This document shows positions 61,301 to 64,000 of a DNA stretch of 64,000 nucleotides, piece after piece. Made by a program: the position numbers and the translations under genes. Source of the DNA: a virus (taxonomy: Duplodnaviria; Caudoviricetes); the IMG/VR virus record IMGVR_UViG_2974731481_000001, positions 1 to 64,000 of that record. One strand, 5' to 3'. Each line of letters opens with the position of its first letter. Positions within the stretch are counted from its first letter, which is position 1. Below the pieces are notes generated by a model. The model was not told the origin of the DNA. It saw only the letters and a program-made list of their open reading frames with translations, and searched no databases.

Positions 61301-64000
61301 TGTTACAACAAATAAAATTCTTAATGACCTTAAGTATTTTATTCAAGATGAAACTGGTGTATATCATTCAGTTAACGATCCTGAAACTATAAATCTGATT
61401 CGTAATAATCCTGATGAAAGAGCTCGTTTCCTTAAAACTCTTCTTGATGCAAGAGCCTTTGTACGAAACTATCGTATGATTAATGACCTTGATATTGATT
61501 CAGAAGATGAAGCACTTAGACGAGATTTGAACAAAATTAAAGATGCTATTAATTCTCTTCGTAATGCTAATATTATAAATTATGCAGAAGAAAGATTTGC
61601 AAATGAATATCTTGCTAAACTTAGTGATAATCCTTTAGTACAACAAGATATTCTTAGTTTGCTTGATGGTTATCATAGTGCTGGTGCTTTTGATGCTTGG
61701 GTTAATGACCTTCAAGAAACATCTAGTCCTCTTCTTCAGATTATAACTAAAGAAGTAATGGGTGATATTAGAGCAAAGGAAATGCAAGCTACTAAACGTG
61801 TTCGTGAGTTTAAAACTAAACTTAATGAACTTAAAAAAGCAGCTAAAGACGCTGGTGTTACTATTGACTGGAAGAACATTATAGATGAAAATGGTAAGTT
61901 TGTTCAAAAATATAATCAAGCATTTACTGAAAAACTTGAAGAACTTCGTAATGCTGTTTATACTGCAAAAGCTGAACATGGAGAAGGTAGTATTGAGCAT
62001 CTAAAAGCTAAGTTTGAGTATGATAAGTGGAAACTTAATCATGTCAATCAACAACTTAAAGATGATTATTATCAGCGTAAACTTGAGTTAGAAGAAAAAA
62101 TGCTTGGTGATGGCACTGCAGATAATTATGGATTCCCTGCTATATATGAAGCTTATAATAAACTTGCTACTAGACGTAGAGAAATTCTAAGCCATATAGT
62201 AAATGGTACTCTTGAAGAACGTTATCAAGAAGAACTTAAAAAGGTTAAACAAGATATTGATAATCTTACTACACCTTATTTCTATGACGCTGCTACAGAT
62301 ACATTTATTGAAAAGTATAGTGTTGACGATCCAGAGAATCCTTTTACGGGGGAGCAAAAGCTAGTCTATAGCATAGATGCAGCTACTGCTCTTAAAGCTC
62401 ATCTTGCTTCAATGAAAGAACTTAGAGATGAATATTATACTCATGATGCTAAGTTTGGCTTTGATGAAGAGCTTGAAAAGAATCTTGATACTATTAGTAA
62501 CTATGAGATGCGTGATACTAATGGACGTATTACTACTCCTATAGTAGAACTTATGAAACATGACGATTATGTTAAAGCTAAAGAATGGGTTGAACATAAT
62601 GCTCGTTATGTTATGTCTCCTGAAACTCAAAAGTTTATCAATGATGCGTTTAAAGTTCTTCGTGAAGGAAAAGATGGTCGTGAAACTTTAGGTCTTCTTG
62701 CAAAACATAAGGATGCTTACGATACACATGGTGTTATTAACGCTATGTTGTTCGATGATGATGAAATTGCTAAAATCAAAGAAGAACAATTAGATAATTA
62801 TAATATTCGTGAAGGTCAGCCTTATGCAGATAGAAGTTTGATTAGCAATGCTCCAACAGATAGTACTCAATTTAAGGCTGCGTTCTATGCTAATATGAAA
62901 TCTAATGGTATTCCTAATCAAGAGTATATTAAATTAGTAAATGAAATTAATTCTATTCTTGCTCCATATTACGAAACAGCAACTAGAACTTTACATACTT
63001 CTGAAATAACTGAAGAAGATCTAGAAAAACTTGCTGAATTATATGATACTATAGAAAAAACAAAGAAAACCATAGATTCTACTAATGGTCGAACTGTTAG
63101 ACGTTATATAAAAGATAATGTTGACTTTGTTGTTGATATGGAAAAATATGAAGAGCAAAAAGAATATGCAAAACAAAAAGGTCCTCGTTATTTAAGACTT
63201 TGGCAAGATGTTAATGAACGTATCGAAGAAGATGATTCTGGCAATTTGATTTTTGTACCTAATCGTAGAATATTTGGTTATGCTGTACCTAAAGGTTATA
63301 AAGCTGATGGCACTGGTGATAATTCTATGGTTGCCAAAAATAAAACTGATGCTCTTGATATTGTTCATAACTATTGTAAAACAGTAAAGACTGAATACTA
63401 TTATAAGAAATATAGAGAAATGAAAGCTAAAACAGAAGCAGAATTTAATGCTTGGTATAAGGCTAATCACATTTATAATCCTTATAATCATACTTATGAA
63501 CCAATTCAATGTTGGACTCGTATGGAAATTGAACCTATGAGCGATGACGGTGAACATGAAGCAGCTGGTATGTGGGTTCCTGCATTTAATCAACTTGAAA
63601 CAAGACCTAAAGACGGAAAAGACAAACATGGTAATCCTGATGGTAGTCCTGATATGACTAATCATAATTATCGTCATGGTATGAGTACTGCTGCTAATTA
63701 TAAGTCTGAAGGTGCTAAATTTGATGATACATTAACTCCTGCAACTCATAAGAATTATGCTGACGGAATAAATTATGATAATAATGCTGTCATGAATCCT
63801 TATGAACAACAAGTTAGTGAGTTTATGCAAGAAACTTTACAACAACTTGCACATACTACTTCTGCAAAACGTTATTTTGATAGAGGTTATATGCCTAGTC
63901 GTGCTAAACGACCTGAACGTGATGCTAAGTTCTATGCAAAAGAAGTTGTTAAGATGCTTGGTTGGATTGAAGGTGCTAGCGGACGTGAAGCTTGGTATGA
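52341..64000 (+). CDS. Virion-packaged RNA polymerase (phi14:2 gp66-like), >3880 aa, runs off the window end
   Basis: ATG at 52341; in-frame GYRIPTEGKQS and QTGSDFDIDS (DFDID at 57558-57572); the same frame reads sensibly at every point spot-checked up to 64000; absent from the ORF track, consistent with no stop being reached. Confidence 0.92.
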   Translation, partial: MSCKIQVNHSSITEQLRNEVGTNEVLFQSYFSEVISEDEFTSEFNDWCNTRLGKTFDVNNSDTAAEAVEAIKRYYNENHPDINYSSRIQNDATNVGHFGYNSIASREFAKRVAANFMLDFYHQLAHDFHEKIEGSKKAYFADAVTGRMEEIIAERLSAITNMSEDDIYEIIDEGNISKLEELFGDNTSIQNKNLLAVYKEMIANREGFFTEVFRDSRLGDLRFESDDDMSETGTYESTDEQQEGDDNTPTNEDENKSQTDDKNNSIKELNEKLGDYNNFMTHVDMSVRSYLNSLKKLNSEIGFDGHYDFDLNNDLGLPDTMNADECCAVLYSYGDFTNLKSMIVSIREIAKNIPGFTAFHQMADYLEENGDFAYEIYRTFGKTVISKLETVMDGDKGKSRTSNRSADKLTSLRFEYLNSAKATSILLDDISSKNIYNELYQDIQSFKSLYEDSKTMSTEEAMDIADLMAINDELDKQKKDLVAKISSQLRRYYPTIEDTAIANYISNAHDEDVVGNLLNLAQRLKETIDASYLTQQQYNSRKAELGRAWAFNKKLAQDKAEGLRMSEEPKDMTDLYAVDYVDPATQAAAFNLANELVKYTMVKTELNSRNVHGNQSSDVINNSMITNVINTLKSQTALENFGKYKGQSRQYDFSNIMIEHWNYKKDENGNILKDKDGNPIKDGKQPINYGLFTQNPETKELTPTPYAQRLIRTRLFSGASDIITSSNVLYSEMSKGDYVATSFLNFFNVEESTEPVSDKISIKFANYFMRIPSDAPKNFIMTAPKYSVGESRVGANDGLFRIENKVEADKKIYQQINGIATVGEEYAALEGNAVKRSLNQLIHNVTSRNINNIVLQNKKAIFEENPKVGDKVNVTFDYTSKDGVSTQYVLEGTLANENGRLVLQAPEFKGFVGDTKSSDVNTSLFNHFQKKLIKSGDIKRSINTNHPIYQQFRQVFVQELNDAATALDRFFVTKNGMVKLDDNIDSPTYGQPIFREGFDNSKATTRKLYAGYHVGKGKNILSIDDNGKAHLTGAVFTSDRFKITKTNKDGSVTERNYGQEILDEAVDFLYGGANGKYVQTTRSDNGVSVVLNDEQEAAIEQKLTEFINDYVADTQDRMEQYEDFIPSYLMSDNNVAEFALNHHLMYINFNDLFEGDTKFYKDTQTFLKRAKEAQGSGVPYGIVDYNMDLSAPRTTIPSHLNTKTFERTLADGSKAVLNQKAYDDAIAQGMSEKEAKRVANMITQTNKFRGVTIKNTIRTSQEVAVKGENGAKQDGAVTKKLIEALRASGMTVKDATDKARQMILGYHGTTVNDAQSYITFEEWVRRVSARGQLEKYMPLIEAILDESKPLDAKTIGEFVQVQKNFYYDQHYNAELGVIAPRQIKNAEFVLVPRLIEGTQLEQVYNLMRDNGIDQLNTEETSKAGKANVLTLWDNDGNLTQENIDDFNANAAQATELYNYNYLYTQQETPQHLDAENKAGIQIMKKILDNIDSTSPLWETKQHFFRLYSENIKDSFAELMDEFQLETDENGNLKLDKDGNIQGLDYQLFFTRLQEEVARLGLDSNMLDYVTLDDTQVSDKSNNSPLTGAITKMPTYMSNVSTKLESIAQSLFNSRITRQKLPGFHAAQITNVGWHAMSDTVQKRTYSKDLKYHPDGKPYVEIMLPKSAFNLKYEKSDGTLKTDEELLEEIQNAKIDEVIGYRIPTEGKQSVCIMKVVGFTDDALGSTIVVPDDWVSQTGSDFDIDSVYGINYSTYIDENGVVQKKEYHKEATNTDWLRYLTKKKKDTIFNAVFKSVMKEEADAYHNVTDKVRPIIKEVQAPYVEERKAEGSKVNGRESFINQINAVIKRLNQELEDASYTEEEKANIQEFIDKCDTLATILDIEKKTLSTKKEERVNTFIDKYKKEFNKAAKDNNITTYDNINSIPSEQRNTRDARNNEILASMIEILSHPAALEENLSRSNFDDIIDARDQAIDKNIAKRRKARSPYNFLDQADYQEDVMSGAKLKAFSVTRDTFCSICNTVRPRLFESHQVKVVYRVVDGYTLKNLKKSFKNVEEIQDGVFVVTHDTFGWSKNNKNAAGKILTAYSSQTTAHILDAVKEGAIPNVNDLTFQVYKLFPDLGSDYNTGVSFIMQPGISRIVAAYNSSKSIYSRGKKNPIHAAIKSVAKELLAMDGIKVTDRMSVDTVINMLQRYNSELSSIFGAGGQKYKISLEDKEVAKLLISGSRLKERLKSEGVFEGSSPVEEKRKLLFDLGTILQYNKLSHLGNSISAYARVCNPDKFGAKQTIFSTNKVFRDIKDIIADENPAMYIPGATKNDSNKHFLEAIYPGIRGSLEEFIQSSDMNSAYPPLHYFLKYATATSIKVNRTLFETQDPRFVEEIMKLTNSFSGAYARMDEKTYKDFQNYVLNYLYGNTQAVSSAITYVPGQGFMVVADSNKEDERRRIFGYGKDPDLRVQDENGDLIEFRVKDINNPTQKEIDAFATLSPAQKITWIQGHFRESGVFKYIKTTLFNERQYRANKAGSQTIEFVEGNANIETVYNEFEKCFFNDNPLVALAALDIVKYAFAVEGFKIKRNGVSKVIKNSTLYEDPKLGGTGIVTELNHAIGTIADGSIDMYMLRDRFVRSHSTMYQIETHRVEKNDKKQYELYRMDHGIIHIEMQYADSTAQELAEKYGMIYKVGEKNNYGVNRYVKLRFGKDTVLYKIKEYYGEIIAYPLNTLEENETDDWSVNVQNNKYPDSSYYEEIIDEWYHPAEGSTTTSLKQIIESKKDSLANHRFVNKNRTTMSTYATTFDINTKKTVDTGGFEDVIDKVNSYFAQNPKGRLYLRSGALAKYITHTGPINGSIQTINGKEYQIVKMDFKRYNDMYIGERNKDREIKRVDPQVKEIIERARDGGYRVSDAFYIEPYKAPAPKDETQEEEVEVVRHSSVTELGTNSMNAMYRRQVSEGDIEAGKALSRLYEKDIKAKDASVKLNLGEVISTSAEYVTVTTNKILNDLKYFIQDETGVYHSVNDPETINLIRNNPDERARFLKTLLDARAFVRNYRMINDLDIDSEDEALRRDLNKIKDAINSLRNANIINYAEERFANEYLAKLSDNPLVQQDILSLLDGYHSAGAFDAWVNDLQETSSPLLQIITKEVMGDIRAKEMQATKRVREFKTKLNELKKAAKDAGVTIDWKNIIDENGKFVQKYNQAFTEKLEELRNAVYTAKAEHGEGSIEHLKAKFEYDKWKLNHVNQQLKDDYYQRKLELEEKMLGDGTADNYGFPAIYEAYNKLATRRREILSHIVNGTLEERYQEELKKVKQDIDNLTTPYFYDAATDTFIEKYSVDDPENPFTGEQKLVYSIDAATALKAHLASMKELRDEYYTHDAKFGFDEELEKNLDTISNYEMRDTNGRITTPIVELMKHDDYVKAKEWVEHNARYVMSPETQKFINDAFKVLREGKDGRETLGLLAKHKDAYDTHGVINAMLFDDDEIAKIKEEQLDNYNIREGQPYADRSLISNAPTDSTQFKAAFYANMKSNGIPNQEYIKLVNEINSILAPYYETATRTLHTSEITEEDLEKLAELYDTIEKTKKTIDSTNGRTVRRYIKDNVDFVVDMEKYEEQKEYAKQKGPRYLRLWQDVNERIEEDDSGNLIFVPNRRIFGYAVPKGYKADGTGDNSMVAKNKTDALDIVHNYCKTVKTEYYYKKYREMKAKTEAEFNAWYKANHIYNPYNHTYEPIQCWTRMEIEPMSDDGEHEAAGMWVPAFNQLETRPKDGKDKHGNPDGSPDMTNHNYRHGMSTAANYKSEGAKFDDTLTPATHKNYADGINYDNNAVMNPYEQQVSEFMQETLQQLAHTTSAKRYFDRGYMPSRAKRPERDAKFYAKEVVKMLGWIEGASGREAWY

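Larger units (their letters stand above)
3526..62354. repeat. Dispersed Y6-TACGGGGGAG element (11 copies)
   Basis: Plus strand: 3526, 7011, 14933, 31986, 39082, 47771, 55548, 62345. Minus strand: 31904-31913, 59060-59069, and 50246-50255 (variant TACGGGGGTG). Confidence 0.9.

Noticed and set aside
13264-63677. Many minus-strand ORFs of 60-250 aa within the late region
   Set aside because: They are Ile/Phe/Ser-rich antisense shadows of plus-strand genes with strong third-position T bias.
52945-63677. Apparent gene-poor region in the ORF track
   Set aside because: Artefact: the region is covered by the single vRNAP frame that has no stop inside the window.
1-64000. Stop-codon reassignment (TAG or TGA), known in some crAss-like clades
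   Set aside because: Core genes are full length in the standard code, and TAG/TGA end genes at sensible boundaries (for example 52262 and 11855).
1-64000. tRNA or rRNA genes
   Set aside because: No cloverleaf with T-loop GTTCRA and matching stems was found by eye in the intergenic gaps; tRNAscan-SE would confirm.

Overview
This window is 64 kb of an AT-rich crAss-like phage genome (Crassvirales; Bacteroidota host inferred from TTTG-N20-TAnnTTTG promoters), read in the standard genetic code. It opens with a few minus-strand, probably early, genes and a divergent AT-rich switch region (about 1-2.9 kb). The plus-strand late region then runs through IHF-like and PD-(D/E)XK genes, lysis genes, terL, three inserted genes, portal, MCP and head/neck genes. 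Next come tail fibres (one with a GH20-like C-terminal domain), a self-contained accessory operon, tail tube/stabilisation genes, ejected cargo proteins and a 2749-aa polyvalent protein. The window ends in a >3880-aa virion RNA polymerase (DFDID motif) that the ORF track omits because it runs off the end. The strongest unexplained signals are: (1) a dispersed Y6-TACGGGGGAG element, 11 copies on both strands and in all three reading frames; (2) a stacked gene-cassette array between terL and portal with copies of the terL end and portal start at the junctions; (3) a second dispersed element of about 85 bp; (4) an exchangeable or invertible GH20 tail-fibre module; (5) a promoter-to-terminator six-gene operon of unknown function. 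All calls were made by eye; no database searches were run.
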